From contig JBBRWS010000004.1 in NCBI GenBank assembly GCA_038249055.1, positions 17,939 through 81,938 on the forward strand: a stretch of 64,000 nt of DNA, read 5' to 3'. Positions 10,030 to 19,546 of the stretch are shown one piece after another. Both the position numbers and the translations under genes were made by a program. How positions within the stretch are numbered: position 1 is the first letter of the stretch; each line of letters begins with the position of its first letter. The stretch is from Minisyncoccia bacterium (GTDB taxonomy: Bacteria > Patescibacteriota > Minisyncoccia > Phycocordibacterales > UBA9973). A model generated the notes under the pieces. That model was not told the origin of the DNA and searched no databases. It saw nothing but the letters and a program-made list of their open reading frames with translations.

Positions 10030-10410
10030 ATGAGAATTCTCGGTATAACTATTCCAAACAATAAACATCTAGACGTAGGATTAACTTGCCTTTATGGTAT
10101 AGGTATATCCCGTTCAAGAAAAATTTTAGATCAAGCTGGTATTGATAGAAATATCAAAGGAGATGCTTTAACTGTTGATCAAGAAAATACAATACGTAAA
10201 ATAATCGAAACTATGTCCATCGAAGGTACTTTAAAGCGTGAAGTTGCTTCTAACATAAAAAGATTAAAAGATATTAAAGCTTACAGAGGTGTAAGACATA
10301 TGCGACGTTTACCAGTAAATGGTCAAAGAACAAAGACTAATTCTCGCACAGTGAGAGGAAATGTTCGAAAGACTATGGGAAGTGGTAGAAGAAAAGCTGA
10401 AAAAACTTAG
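10030..10410 (+). CDS. rpsM: 30S ribosomal protein S13
   Basis: MRILGITIPNNKHLDVGLTCLYGIGISRSRKIL. Confidence 0.95.
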   Translation: MRILGITIPNNKHLDVGLTCLYGIGISRSRKILDQAGIDRNIKGDALTVDQENTIRKIIETMSIEGTLKREVASNIKRLKDIKAYRGVRHMRRLPVNGQRTKTNSRTVRGNVRKTMGSGRRKAEKT

Positions 10411-10420
10411 GATAATTTTA

Positions 10421-10474
10421 TAGTTTCTAGGTAGTAAACTTACTAGAAATTAGAAACTTATTACTAGAAACTAA
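10421..10474 (+). promoter_or_regulatory. CTAG-rich palindromic leader element (TTTCTAG-N12-CTAGAAA plus tagtttctag / ctagaaacta) between rpsM and rpsK
   Basis: The inverted repeats are visible directly in the sequence. Confidence 0.35.
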
Positions 10475-10482
10475 TTAAAAAT

Positions 10483-10932
10483 ATGGGAAAGATAAAAATT
10501 ATAACAAAAGAAGAAGATAAAAAGGAAGTTTTGGATAAAGTTCCAGAAGTAACACCTAAACCAGGTACAAAAGTTCCTAAGAAGAAGATTGTTTCAGGTA
10601 CTCTACACGTAGAGGCCACTTTTAATAATACAAAAATAGTCTTGTCAGATAAAGAAGGAAATACTTTATTTTGGACTTCAGCTGGAGCACTTGGATTCAA
10701 GGGAGCAAAAAAGGGTACACCTTTTGCTGCTTCAAAGGCAGGATCTGTAATAGGTGAAAAAGCTAAAGCACTTGGAATTAAAGAAGTAGATGTTAAAGTT
10801 AAAGGAGTAGGTAGTGGTCGTGAACCTACCATTCGTGCGTTTATGGCCTATGATATTGAAATTACAGGAGTAAACGACGTAACACCAGTTCCTCACAATG
10901 GTCCTAAACCTAAGAAGCCTCGTAGAGTATAA
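10483..10932 (+). CDS. rpsK: 30S ribosomal protein S11 (with a Lys-rich N-terminal extension)
   Basis: GTLHVEATFNNTKIVLSDKEGNTLFWTSAGALGFKGAKKGTPFAA. Confidence 0.95.
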   Translation: MGKIKIITKEEDKKEVLDKVPEVTPKPGTKVPKKKIVSGTLHVEATFNNTKIVLSDKEGNTLFWTSAGALGFKGAKKGTPFAASKAGSVIGEKAKALGIKEVDVKVKGVGSGREPTIRAFMAYDIEITGVNDVTPVPHNGPKPKKPRRV

Positions 10933-10938
10933 AAAATT

Positions 10939-11547
10939 ATGAAAACAGTTCAAATGTATAAAATTTGCAGAAGACTTGGCCCTGGAGTGTTTGAAAAATG
11001 TCAAACAACTAAGTTTGCTATGTCCGAAGCTCGTCATGCTAAAAATTCAAAAGGGAAGCGTCCTAAACCTCTTTCTGGTTATGCTACTCAATTTATTGAA
11101 AAGCAAAAAGTTCGTTTTATGTATGGTATCAGTGAACGTCAGTTCTCTAACTATATTAAAGAAGCTGTAGACCACAAGGGTTCTCCTGCAACTGAATATC
11201 TTTTTGAATTATTAGAAAATAGACTAGACAACGTTGCTTACAGACTTGGTTTAACTCATTCTCGTCGTCTTTCTCGTCAAATGGTTTCTCATGGTCATAT
11301 CATTGTTAATGGAAAAAAGACAACAGTAGCATCACAAAGAGTACAAGTTGGAGACATTATTTCTATCCGTGAAGGTAGTAAAAAAAGTGTTCTATTCGCA
11401 GATATGGTAAACAAAATGAAAGATTATACATGTCCAAACTGGTTAACATTTAATGCTGAATCTCTTTCTGGAAAAATTCAAGGCAAACCTAAAAACATTG
11501 AGGGATATATTGACCTCAACACAGTATTAGAGTTTTATAGTCGTTAG
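10939..11547 (+). CDS. rpsD: 30S ribosomal protein S4
   Basis: MKTVQMYKICRRLGPGVFEKCQTTKFA...GISERQFSNYIKEA. Confidence 0.95.
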   Translation: MKTVQMYKICRRLGPGVFEKCQTTKFAMSEARHAKNSKGKRPKPLSGYATQFIEKQKVRFMYGISERQFSNYIKEAVDHKGSPATEYLFELLENRLDNVAYRLGLTHSRRLSRQMVSHGHIIVNGKKTTVASQRVQVGDIISIREGSKKSVLFADMVNKMKDYTCPNWLTFNAESLSGKIQGKPKNIEGYIDLNTVLEFYSR

Positions 11548-11613
11548 ATTAGCTTATGGTTAATTTTTAATAAATAATTATGAAAGCTTCATGCTTTCCA
11601 ATATCATATAACT

Positions 11614-12591
11614 ATGTCTGATTTAAATATTATACTACCATCAAAATTATCTATTGTTTCTGAAGTAGGTACAAATGGTGTCTATGAAATAGATGGTCTT
11701 TATCCTGGGTATGGACATACTTTGGGTAATTCACTTCGACGTATTATTTTGTCATCTTTAACAGGAGCTGCTATTACATCAATTAAAATTGATGGAGTAG
11801 ATCATGAATTTTCAGTTATTGATGGTGTAAAAGAAGATGTTATAACGATTTTGCTTCATTTAAAGCAAGTTCGTTTTCGTTTAAATACTGATGAACCTCA
11901 AACTGTTAAACTTCAAGTAAAAGGACCTAAACTTATAACCGCAGGTGATATTGAAACTACAGGACAAGTTGAAATTTTAAATAATGATTTATATATTGCA
12001 GAAGTTACAGGTAAAAACGCTTTATCTATTGAAATGACAGTAGAAAAAGGTTTAGGTTTTATGCCAAAGGAAATGCACCAAAAGACTAAAAATGAAGTTG
12101 GTGTTATTTCTTTAGATGCAATATTTACACCAATTCGTCGTGTGTCTTATGAGGTAGAAAATATGCGCGTTGGAGATAAAACAAACCATAATCGTCTACG
12201 TATGACCATTGAAACAGATGGAACTTTAACACCACGTGAAGCTCTTGAAAAAGCTATCACTGTTATGGTAGAACAGTTACAAGCAATCGTTGGATTTACT
12301 GTCTCCCATAGAGTTATTGGTAAAGAAATAGAAAAAGAAGAGAAAAAAGATAAAAAAGAAGAAGTAGAAAAGGAAGAAACTAGTGAATTTACAGATATAC
12401 TTAAAACCAGAATTGATACCCTTGAATTATCTACTCGAACATTAAATTCTTTAACAGGTGCAAATATTAGAACAATAGGCGGAATTGCACGAAAAAAGAA
12501 GGAAGATTTATTAGAAATTGAAGGAATTGGAGATAAAGGTATTCAAGAAATCAAAAAAGTCCTTAGTGTTTATGGAATAACACTTAAATAA
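11614..12591 (+). CDS. rpoA: DNA-directed RNA polymerase alpha subunit
   Basis: GYGHTLGNSLRRIILSSLTGAAITSIKIDGV and a C-terminal domain are present. Confidence 0.95.
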   Translation: MSDLNIILPSKLSIVSEVGTNGVYEIDGLYPGYGHTLGNSLRRIILSSLTGAAITSIKIDGVDHEFSVIDGVKEDVITILLHLKQVRFRLNTDEPQTVKLQVKGPKLITAGDIETTGQVEILNNDLYIAEVTGKNALSIEMTVEKGLGFMPKEMHQKTKNEVGVISLDAIFTPIRRVSYEVENMRVGDKTNHNRLRMTIETDGTLTPREALEKAITVMVEQLQAIVGFTVSHRVIGKEIEKEEKKDKKEEVEKEETSEFTDILKTRIDTLELSTRTLNSLTGANIRTIGGIARKKKEDLLEIEGIGDKGIQEIKKVLSVYGITLK

Positions 12592-12618
12592 TTAGTAATT
12601 AGTAATAAGTAATAATAT

Positions 12619-12972
12619 ATGAGACACGGTAATAATGTACGAAAATTTGGAAGAAACAAGAATCAGCGCCACGCTCTGTTAAAGGGTCTTATGTTAGCGC
12701 TTATTGCTCATGGAAAGATACAAACTACAGAGGCTAAGGCTAAAGAGCTTCGTCCTTCTATTGAAAAGATGGTTACAAAGGCCAATATTGGTACATTAGC
12801 ATCTAGACGTTTAGTTATATCACGTTTGTATAACCTTACAGCTGAAGCAAATAAATTGATTGATGATATCGCACCAAAATACAAAGGCAGAACTGGTGGT
12901 TATACTCGCATTACCAAACTTCCACGTCGAGAGGGAGATGCAAGTAAAATGGCAATAATCGAATTTATATAA
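12619..12972 (+). CDS. rplQ: 50S ribosomal protein L17
   Basis: MRHGNNVRKFGRNKNQRHALLKGL. Confidence 0.95.
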   Translation: MRHGNNVRKFGRNKNQRHALLKGLMLALIAHGKIQTTEAKAKELRPSIEKMVTKANIGTLASRRLVISRLYNLTAEANKLIDDIAPKYKGRTGGYTRITKLPRREGDASKMAIIEFI

Positions 12973-12977
12973 TATTT

Positions 12978-13328
12978 ATGACTACTACACATACAATTGA
13001 TGCAGAAGGTAAGACATTGGGTTTTGTTGCAAGTGCAACAGCTAAAATTCTTATGGGCAAAAATTCTACGGACTATGTTCCAAACAAAGTTGCAGATGTT
13101 CTTGTTATTATCAAAAATGCTAGTAAAACAAAAACAACTGAACGCCGAATGAAAGATACTTTACACGAAACATATTCAGGACAACCAGGTGGTTTCAAAA
13201 CAAAAACAAACGAAAAGATTTTAGATACAAAAGGATGGAAGGGATTATATGAATTAGCTGTATACGGAATGCTTCCTTCAAACAAATTAAGACCACTAAT
13301 GATGAAGCGTTTAACAATAAAAGATTAA
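12978..13328 (+). CDS. rplM: 50S ribosomal protein L13 (short)
   Basis: MTTTHTIDAEGKTLGFVASATAKILMGK. Confidence 0.85.
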   Translation: MTTTHTIDAEGKTLGFVASATAKILMGKNSTDYVPNKVADVLVIIKNASKTKTTERRMKDTLHETYSGQPGGFKTKTNEKILDTKGWKGLYELAVYGMLPSNKLRPLMMKRLTIKD

Positions 13329-13336
13329 TAAATATC

Positions 13337-13747
13337 ATGGAAAAAAAATCAACAACAAAAGAATACTTTAGAGCCATCGGACGCCGCAAGACTGCTACCG
13401 CTGTTGTTCGTCTTTATAAAGCTGCAAAAAATACTTATTCTATAAATGGTAAAGATTTAACTGAATATTTTAAAACTGCTGATTTAAAAAAGATCGTAAC
13501 TTCTGCTTTTGAGACTGCAACTCCAGCTGAAAAATTTGAAGTTGTTGTAACAACTAAAGGAGGAGGAATTCATTCACAAGCTGAAGCAGTTCGTCATGGT
13601 ATTTCAAGAGCTTTAGTTCTTCAAGATGGAGAACTACGTGGAGTATTAAAGAAGGCAAAAATGCTTAAACGTGACCCCCGTGTTGTTGAAAGAAAGAAAT
13701 TCGGACTTAAAAAGGCTCGTAAGTCTCCACAATGGTCAAAACGTTAA
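13337..13747 (+). CDS. rpsI: 30S ribosomal protein S9
   Basis: FRAIGRRKTATAVVRLY...KKARKSPQWSKR. Confidence 0.95.
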   Translation: MEKKSTTKEYFRAIGRRKTATAVVRLYKAAKNTYSINGKDLTEYFKTADLKKIVTSAFETATPAEKFEVVVTTKGGGIHSQAEAVRHGISRALVLQDGELRGVLKKAKMLKRDPRVVERKKFGLKKARKSPQWSKR

Positions 13748-13754
13748 TATTGAT

Positions 13755-13777
13755 AAAAGCCCCATCTGGGGCTTTTT
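13755..13777 (+). terminator. rho-independent terminator after rpsI
   Basis: aaaagccccatctggggcttttt. Confidence 0.85.
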
Positions 13778-13803
13778 GATTATTAAATTTTACATTGTAT
13801 AAT
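13776..13803 (+). promoter_or_regulatory. sigma70-like promoter TTGATT-16-TATAAT upstream of grpE
   Basis: Read directly from the sequence. Confidence 0.55.
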
Positions 13804-13850
13804 ACTAGAATGTATAAAAATTTAAATTATTATTAATATAATAAAAAAAT

Positions 13851-14420
13851 ATGAATGATGAAGAAATAAAAAATGAAGATATTGATGATGTAACTTTTGT
13901 TGAAAGCACAGAAGATGGTGAAGCTTTACCTTCAAAAGATATAGTAAAGAAATTAAGAGATGATTTAAAACTTTGTCGCAAAGAGAAAGAAGATTATTTA
14001 GTTGGATGGCAGAGAGCCAAAGCAGATTATATAAATCTTCAAAAAGAACTTGATTTAGCGAGGGTTAATATTTCAATTCTAACTAAACAGAAAATGGTAG
14101 AAAAAATACTCCCAGCCTTAGATAGTTTTGAAATGGCATTTTCCAATAAAGAACATTGGGAAAGTTTAGATAAAGACTGGAGATTAGGAATAGAATCTAT
14201 TTATCAACAATTTGTTTCCGGTTTAAGTATTTCGGGTGTGGAAAAAATTGATGAAATTAATGTAAATTTTGATCCTAATATTCATCAGTCTATAAGTATT
14301 ATAGAAACAAACGAAGAATCAAAAGACCATACAATAGAGAAAGTTCTTCAAGTTGGATATAAAATAGGTGATAGAGTTATTCGTCCCGCAAAAGTAACTA
14401 TTTACGAATACAAGAATTAA
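13851..14420 (+). CDS. grpE: nucleotide exchange factor GrpE
   Basis: A coiled-coil N-terminus and the conserved core ...RAKADYINLQKELD...KILPALDSFEMAF. Confidence 0.9.
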   Translation: MNDEEIKNEDIDDVTFVESTEDGEALPSKDIVKKLRDDLKLCRKEKEDYLVGWQRAKADYINLQKELDLARVNISILTKQKMVEKILPALDSFEMAFSNKEHWESLDKDWRLGIESIYQQFVSGLSISGVEKIDEINVNFDPNIHQSISIIETNEESKDHTIEKVLQVGYKIGDRVIRPAKVTIYEYKN

Positions 14421-14450
14421 TTTTTAGTTGCTAGTTTATAGTGACTAGAA

Positions 14451-14486
14451 AAATACACATATCAGCCATGGCTGATATGTGTATTT
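14451..14486. terminator. bidirectional terminator (36-bp perfect palindrome) between grpE and the convergent PaaX-like gene
   Basis: aaatacacatatcagccatggctgatatgtgtattt. Confidence 0.8.
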
Positions 14487-15043
14487 TAGTTATTTTTCTT
14501 AAAACAAAGTGATAAAAATTCTTTTTTAGTTAGTTCATCAATTTTATCTGTAACTATTATCATCATTTCCGTGGTAAGATTTAAATCATTTTTTATATTT
14601 GTAAATAAATTTTCATATGGATACATAGAAATCCAAACGGAATTTTTAATACAAATAAACCAAGCTTTTTTTAGTAGATAACGTAATGCTTCACGTTCAC
14701 TTTTTCTATCTTCAGGAAGATCAAGAATAATGATTCTCCAATATCCATCCCAATCATTAGATATAAGTGTAGTATCATTATCTATTGCATTGTTATTAAC
14801 TCGCTTTTTACCTTCATTAGACAATCTATAGTAAGGCTGATAATCAGACTGGAAACACTCCACAAGGCCATCAGTGGTTAGATTCTTTATTGAGCGGGAT
14901 ATTGCGTATTCAGGCTTATTTTTGCTTGTATGGAGGTCTTTTATAGTTTTTTCAACCTCTTTTTTGAGAAAATCAAAAGAAACTGCCTTTTTGCCGGTTA
15001 AAGTTTTGAATATTGCCCTTTGAATTGAGGTCTTTTGAGCCAT
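14486..15043 (-). CDS. PaaX-family winged-helix transcriptional regulator, short form
   Basis: A wHTH (AISRSIKNLTTDGLVE) followed by WDGYWRIIILDLPEDRK...LRYLLKK, which matches the PaaX WDGKWLLLL middle-domain signature. Confidence 0.5.
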   Translation of the reverse strand: MAQKTSIQRAIFKTLTGKKAVSFDFLKKEVEKTIKDLHTSKNKPEYAISRSIKNLTTDGLVECFQSDYQPYYRLSNEGKKRVNNNAIDNDTTLISNDWDGYWRIIILDLPEDRKSEREALRYLLKKAWFICIKNSVWISMYPYENLFTNIKNDLNLTTEMMIIVTDKIDELTKKEFLSLCFKKNN

Positions 15044-15169
15044 GTTGTGTATTATATCACTATTCGTGTATTATACAATAGTTTTGCGGTCACGAAATAC
15101 TTGTCAAAATAAAAAGGTAGGTGTATACTATATGCGTGTTTTGGATTTTTAAAAATATAAAATAGCTTT

Positions 15170-15246
15170 TTTCAAAATACGCACATAATTTTCTACTGAA
15201 AATTTGTTATGCTCGGGCCGTCGCCCTCCGCAATGTATTTTTCAAA
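15170..15246 (+). promoter_or_regulatory. conserved structured intergenic motif, copy 2 (hairpin GGGC-cgtc-GCCC at 15215-15226), upstream of dnaK
   Basis: See copy 1. The stem shows compensatory base changes relative to copy 1. Confidence 0.5.
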
Positions 15247-15364
15247 AACTATTTTATTTTTTTTAAAAATTTATAAATTTATTATCAAAACATTATTAAT
15301 TATCTGGTTTAGTTTTTATTTCTAGTCACTAGAAACTAACTACTAGAACCTAATCAAAAAATAT

Positions 15365-17257
15365 ATGAGTAAAATTATAGGTATAGACTTGGGTACAACA
15401 AATAGTGCATTCGCAATTATAGAAGGTGGTCAACCAAAAATATTAGAAAATATTGAAGGAGCTCGTACAACACCTTCTGTTGTTACTGTTACAAAAAATG
15501 GTGATCGTATGGTTGGTTTACTTGCTAAGCGTCAAGCCATAACGAATCCAGAAAATACTGTTTATGGTATTAAGCGTTTCATTGGTCACTTGTTTGATGA
15601 CCCTGAAATACAGAAGGATGACAAAATGACTCCTTATAAAATTCAAAAAGGAACTACAGGTGGAGTTGAAGTAAAACTTGGAGAACAATGGTTACGACCA
15701 GAAGAAATATCCGCAAAGATTTTAGGAAAACTTAAAGCAGATGCAGAAGCAAAACTAGGAGAAAAAATTACAGAAGCAGTTATTACTGTTCCTGCTTATT
15801 TTAACGATGCTCAAAGAAAAGCAACTAAAGATGCAGGTATTATCGCAGGGTTGGATGTTAAACGTATTATAAATGAACCAACTGCAGCAGCTCTTGCTTA
15901 TGGTTTTAATACAAAGAAAAATGAAAAAATAGTTGTTTATGACTTTGGGGGTGGAACTTTTGATGTCTCTGTTCTTGAAGTTGGAGATGATGTTATTGAA
16001 GTTAAATCAACTGACGGTGACTCACACATGGGAGGTGAAGATATAGATCAAAAAATAGTTAAATGGATTGCCGATGAATACAGAAAAGAATCAGGTATTG
16101 ATGTAACAAAAGATGTTCTTGCCCTTCAGCGTCTTAAAGAAGCAGCTGAAAAAGCTAAGCACGAACTTTCTACAACAATGGAATCAGAAATAAATATTCC
16201 GTTTATTACATCTGATGCTTCTGGTCCAAAACATTTACTTTTGAAAATGACACGTGCAACTCTCGAATCATTAACTGAGGAATATGTTACTCGCTCAATT
16301 GAAATAACAAAGAGAGCTGTTGAAGCTTCACCATTTAAAATGAATGAAATTAATGAAATCATTTTAGTCGGTGGTCAAACCAGAATGCCAGCCATCGTTG
16401 AAGCTGTAAAGAAGTTATTCGGTAAAGAACCAAATCGTTCTATAAATCCCGATGAAGTTGTTGCTCTTGGTGCCGCTGTTCAAGCTGGAGTTTTACAAGG
16501 TGATGTTCGTGATGTTTTACTTCTAGATGTTATTCCATTATCACTTGGTATTGAAACACTAGGAGGAGTTTCTACAAAGCTTGTAGAGCGCAATACAACT
16601 ATTCCTAGTTCAAAATCTCAGACATTTTCTACTGCTGCTGACAATCAGACTGCTGTAGATATTCATATAACTCAAGGAGAAAGACCAATGGCCTCAGATA
16701 ATAAATCCCTCGGTAAATTTATTTTAGATGGAATTCCACCAGCACCACGAGGTATGCCACAAATTGAAGTTACTTTTGATGTTGATGCAAATGGTATATT
16801 GAATGTAAAAGCAAAAGATAAAGCTTCAGGCAAAGAACAATCAATCCGTATTGAAGCAAGTTCAGGACTAACTGAGGCTGATATAAAGAAAATGAGAGAA
16901 GAAGCTGAACTTCATGCAGATGAAGATGCAAAGAAAAAAGAATTAGCTGATGAAAAAAATACTGCAGAAATGATGATATTCTCTGCTGAAAAATCATTAA
17001 AAGAATATGGTGACAAAGTTGCTCCAGAAATTAAAACTTCAGTTGAAGAAAAATTAGCAGCAGTTAGAACAGCCAAAGAAGGCTCAGATATTTCTGTTAT
17101 AAAAGCAGCTATCGAAGCACTTTCAACGGAACTTTCAAAAATTGGGGAAGCTATGGCAAAAGAAGCACCTGCTGCTGGTCAAGCAGAAACAACTACTGAA
17201 CCTCAAAGTGAAGAAATAAAAGATGCAGAAGTAAAAGAAGGAGGAGAACAAAAATAA
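15365..17257 (+). CDS. dnaK: molecular chaperone DnaK (Hsp70)
   Basis: [18 protein letters not shown] and the other canonical Hsp70 motifs are present. Confidence 0.97.
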   Translation: MSKIIGIDLGTTNSAFAIIEGGQPKILENIEGARTTPSVVTVTKNGDRMVGLLAKRQAITNPENTVYGIKRFIGHLFDDPEIQKDDKMTPYKIQKGTTGGVEVKLGEQWLRPEEISAKILGKLKADAEAKLGEKITEAVITVPAYFNDAQRKATKDAGIIAGLDVKRIINEPTAAALAYGFNTKKNEKIVVYDFGGGTFDVSVLEVGDDVIEVKSTDGDSHMGGEDIDQKIVKWIADEYRKESGIDVTKDVLALQRLKEAAEKAKHELSTTMESEINIPFITSDASGPKHLLLKMTRATLESLTEEYVTRSIEITKRAVEASPFKMNEINEIILVGGQTRMPAIVEAVKKLFGKEPNRSINPDEVVALGAAVQAGVLQGDVRDVLLLDVIPLSLGIETLGGVSTKLVERNTTIPSSKSQTFSTAADNQTAVDIHITQGERPMASDNKSLGKFILDGIPPAPRGMPQIEVTFDVDANGILNVKAKDKASGKEQSIRIEASSGLTEADIKKMREEAELHADEDAKKKELADEKNTAEMMIFSAEKSLKEYGDKVAPEIKTSVEEKLAAVRTAKEGSDISVIKAAIEALSTELSKIGEAMAKEAPAAGQAETTTEPQSEEIKDAEVKEGGEQK

Positions 17258-17325
17258 AACAAGAATAAATATTTATAGACTTCTAAAAATAGCTTCTCTC
17301 TTCGGGTACGAAAATTTTTTGCTAA

Positions 17326-17365
17326 AAATTTTCTGAAATACTCGCGCCGACGCGCTCGCAACTTC
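17326..17365 (+). promoter_or_regulatory. conserved structured intergenic motif, copy 3, short (hairpin GCGC-cgac-GCGC at 17344-17355), upstream of dnaJ
   Basis: It shares the aattttctg...gaaa...ctc[stem-cgac-stem]tc(c)gcaa architecture with copies 1 and 2. Confidence 0.4.
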
Positions 17366-17496
17366 TTACAGAAGCAGTATACCTTTCACATTTTGATTAC
17401 AAAATGTTCAAGGTCTTGCGTTATGGGTCTCTACCCATAACTCACCCGAATAGAGAACTATTTTTATCCGTCTATATATTTATGCTATTATAAAAT

Positions 17497-18588
17497 ATGC
17501 CTAAAAATTATTACGAAACACTCGGTGTAGAAAAAAATGCCACAAAAGATGAAATAAAAAAAGCATTTCATAAAATGGCACATAAATATCATCCAGACAA
17601 AAACAAAGGCGATGATAAAAAATTTAAAGAAGTGAATGAAGCTCATCAGGTTCTTTCTGATGATCAAAAACGTGCTAAATATGATCAATTTGGCTCTGCT
17701 GATGGTCCTTCTATGGGTGGTGGTTCTTATGGTAACCAAGGTGATGGATTTGGCGGATTTGATTTCTCTGGTTTTCAAAATGGCCAAGGTTTTGATATGG
17801 GTGATTTAGGAGATATTTTTGGGGATATGTTTTCTGGTGGAATGGGCAGAAGTTCAAAGAGTGCTCGTCGTGGAAGGGATATACAAACTGAAATTGATTT
17901 ATCTTTTGAGGAGTCTATTTTTGGAGTGGTTAAAAATGTAAATATTTCCAAACAATCCACTTGTGAAATATGCAAAGGTACTGGTGGAAAAATAGGATCA
18001 AAAATGAATACATGTAATACATGTAAAGGGCAAGGAAAAGTTCGAGAAATTAAACGCTCAATACTTGGTAGTTTTGAAACAGTGAAAGTTTGTGATACTT
18101 GTTTAGGAAGTGGAAAAATTCCTTCTGAAAAATGTTCAACTTGTAAGGGTGCTGGAGTTTATAAAAAACAAAAAGAATTAGAATTAAATATTCCTGCTGG
18201 TATTAACAATGGAGAAATGCTTAAAATGGCAGGTGCCGGTGAGGATATTCAAGGAGGTCCATCGGGTGATTTATATATAAAAGTTCATGTTAAGCCTCAT
18301 CATTTATTTAAACGTGATGGCTTAAATTTAACTATGGATTTGTCTATAAAACTTACAGAAGCTCTCCTAGGAACAGTTTACAGTCTGAAGACCTTAGAGG
18401 GAAATACTGTGGATATTAAAATACCTGAAGGAATAAATCATAATGAATTACTTCGAGTTAGAGGAAAAGGAGTACCATCAAGTCGTGGTAGAGGAGATAT
18501 AATACTGAAGATTATAGTTAAAATGCCGTCAAAAATTTCTCATAAATCAAAAGAATTAATTGAGGAGTTGAAAAAAGAAGGTATTTAA
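17497..18588 (+). CDS. dnaJ: molecular chaperone DnaJ
   Basis: J domain with HPDKN, a G/F-rich region and four CxxCxGxG zinc-finger repeats. Confidence 0.95.
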   Translation: MPKNYYETLGVEKNATKDEIKKAFHKMAHKYHPDKNKGDDKKFKEVNEAHQVLSDDQKRAKYDQFGSADGPSMGGGSYGNQGDGFGGFDFSGFQNGQGFDMGDLGDIFGDMFSGGMGRSSKSARRGRDIQTEIDLSFEESIFGVVKNVNISKQSTCEICKGTGGKIGSKMNTCNTCKGQGKVREIKRSILGSFETVKVCDTCLGSGKIPSEKCSTCKGAGVYKKQKELELNIPAGINNGEMLKMAGAGEDIQGGPSGDLYIKVHVKPHHLFKRDGLNLTMDLSIKLTEALLGTVYSLKTLEGNTVDIKIPEGINHNELLRVRGKGVPSSRGRGDIILKIIVKMPSKISHKSKELIEELKKEGI

Positions 18589-18745
18589 TTTTATCCACGT
18601 TGACTTATTTTTTGTAGATGATATAAAGAAACTATGTATACATTTGTACAAACACATATAGAGAACCGTACAAGATCAATCTTAAAATTTGAGATCGCTT
18701 GTGAGTGTTTGTATATTTAATAAATTTTAAAAACCAACTTTCAAA

Positions 18746-18788
18746 AGCGACCTCAATAAAAAAGGTCGCTTTTGTTCTTTTTGGTTGA
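18746..18788 (+). terminator. rho-independent terminator about 160 nt downstream of dnaJ
   Basis: Stem agcgacc / ggtcgct followed by tttgttcttttt. Confidence 0.7.
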
Positions 18789-18917
18789 TATATATCAATT
18801 TTGAATCAGATACTAGGTATATGATTCAAAGAGGAGTTTATAAAACTTCTAAAATAAAATTTATAAAAGGTAATGAACTTCCTTTGAATAGTTCTTTAAA
18901 AAATAAATATAACTGAT

Positions 18918-19454
18918 ATGATTAGATATGAAAGTTTTACCAGTTTTGATTTAAAAAATTCAAAACTGAGAGGGTATTTTAAATGGTGGTCAAATAAAAC
19001 CTTTAAGGAACCTCGTATGCTTAATAGAACGGTTAAATTCTTCAAGGAAAATTTAATTTTTGCTGTTTTTGCTTTCAGTGATGAAGTTCTTATAGGAGCA
19101 GCTGGACTTATTCCTTGTGTAAACAGACATAAAGAAAAAATGTTTCAGGATGAAATGCTTGTTGTTGAATTCGCTTCAAATTTTGTTGATTCCAATTTTA
19201 GAGATCAGCATATTGGGACCGAATTAGTAAACATAAGACGTTCATTTTGTATTGAAAGGAAGTTACTCGCCGTTATTGTAACTGGAAGTAGTGAAATTAA
19301 AGCCATTTTAGCTCATTATGCTGTTCCAATGAAGGGTATTAAAAAGTATTCTCATATTTACAATGAAGTTCGTATTTGCGAATGCACCGAAGAAGAGAAA
19401 TTGAATTGTAAAAATTGCCCCTTGAAAGATAAAGCAATTTGGGTGTTTGTTTAA
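18918..19454 (+). CDS. putative GNAT-family acetyltransferase
   Basis: LVVEFASNFVDSNFRDQHIGTELV resembles GNAT motif A. Weak. Confidence 0.4.
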   Translation: MIRYESFTSFDLKNSKLRGYFKWWSNKTFKEPRMLNRTVKFFKENLIFAVFAFSDEVLIGAAGLIPCVNRHKEKMFQDEMLVVEFASNFVDSNFRDQHIGTELVNIRRSFCIERKLLAVIVTGSSEIKAILAHYAVPMKGIKKYSHIYNEVRICECTEEEKLNCKNCPLKDKAIWVFV

Positions 19455-19546
19455 GGATTTTTTAATATACATTGACATTTTATTAAAATGTTGTTATTAT
19501 TTTTCATAAATAATAACGTATATTTAAATAACTTAAATCAAACTAA

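Noticed and set aside
12591-12618. CRISPR-like short repeats (agtaat repeated in the rpoA-rplQ spacer; actagaaa repeats in the rpsK leader).
   Set aside because: They are only 6-10 bp low-complexity or palindromic repeats, with no regular repeat-spacer periodicity and no cas genes in the window.
15044-15364. CIRCE (HrcA) operator upstream of dnaK.
   Set aside because: No TTAGCACTC-N9-GAGTGCTAA-like inverted repeat is present. The only conserved element is the novel hairpin motif reported in the findings.
18634-18720. A 28-codon ORF (MYTFVQTHIENRTRSILKFEIACECLYI) between dnaJ and its distal terminator.
   Set aside because: It has no RBS context or recognisable features. The region may simply be the long 3' UTR of dnaJ. 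It cannot be supported from sequence alone.
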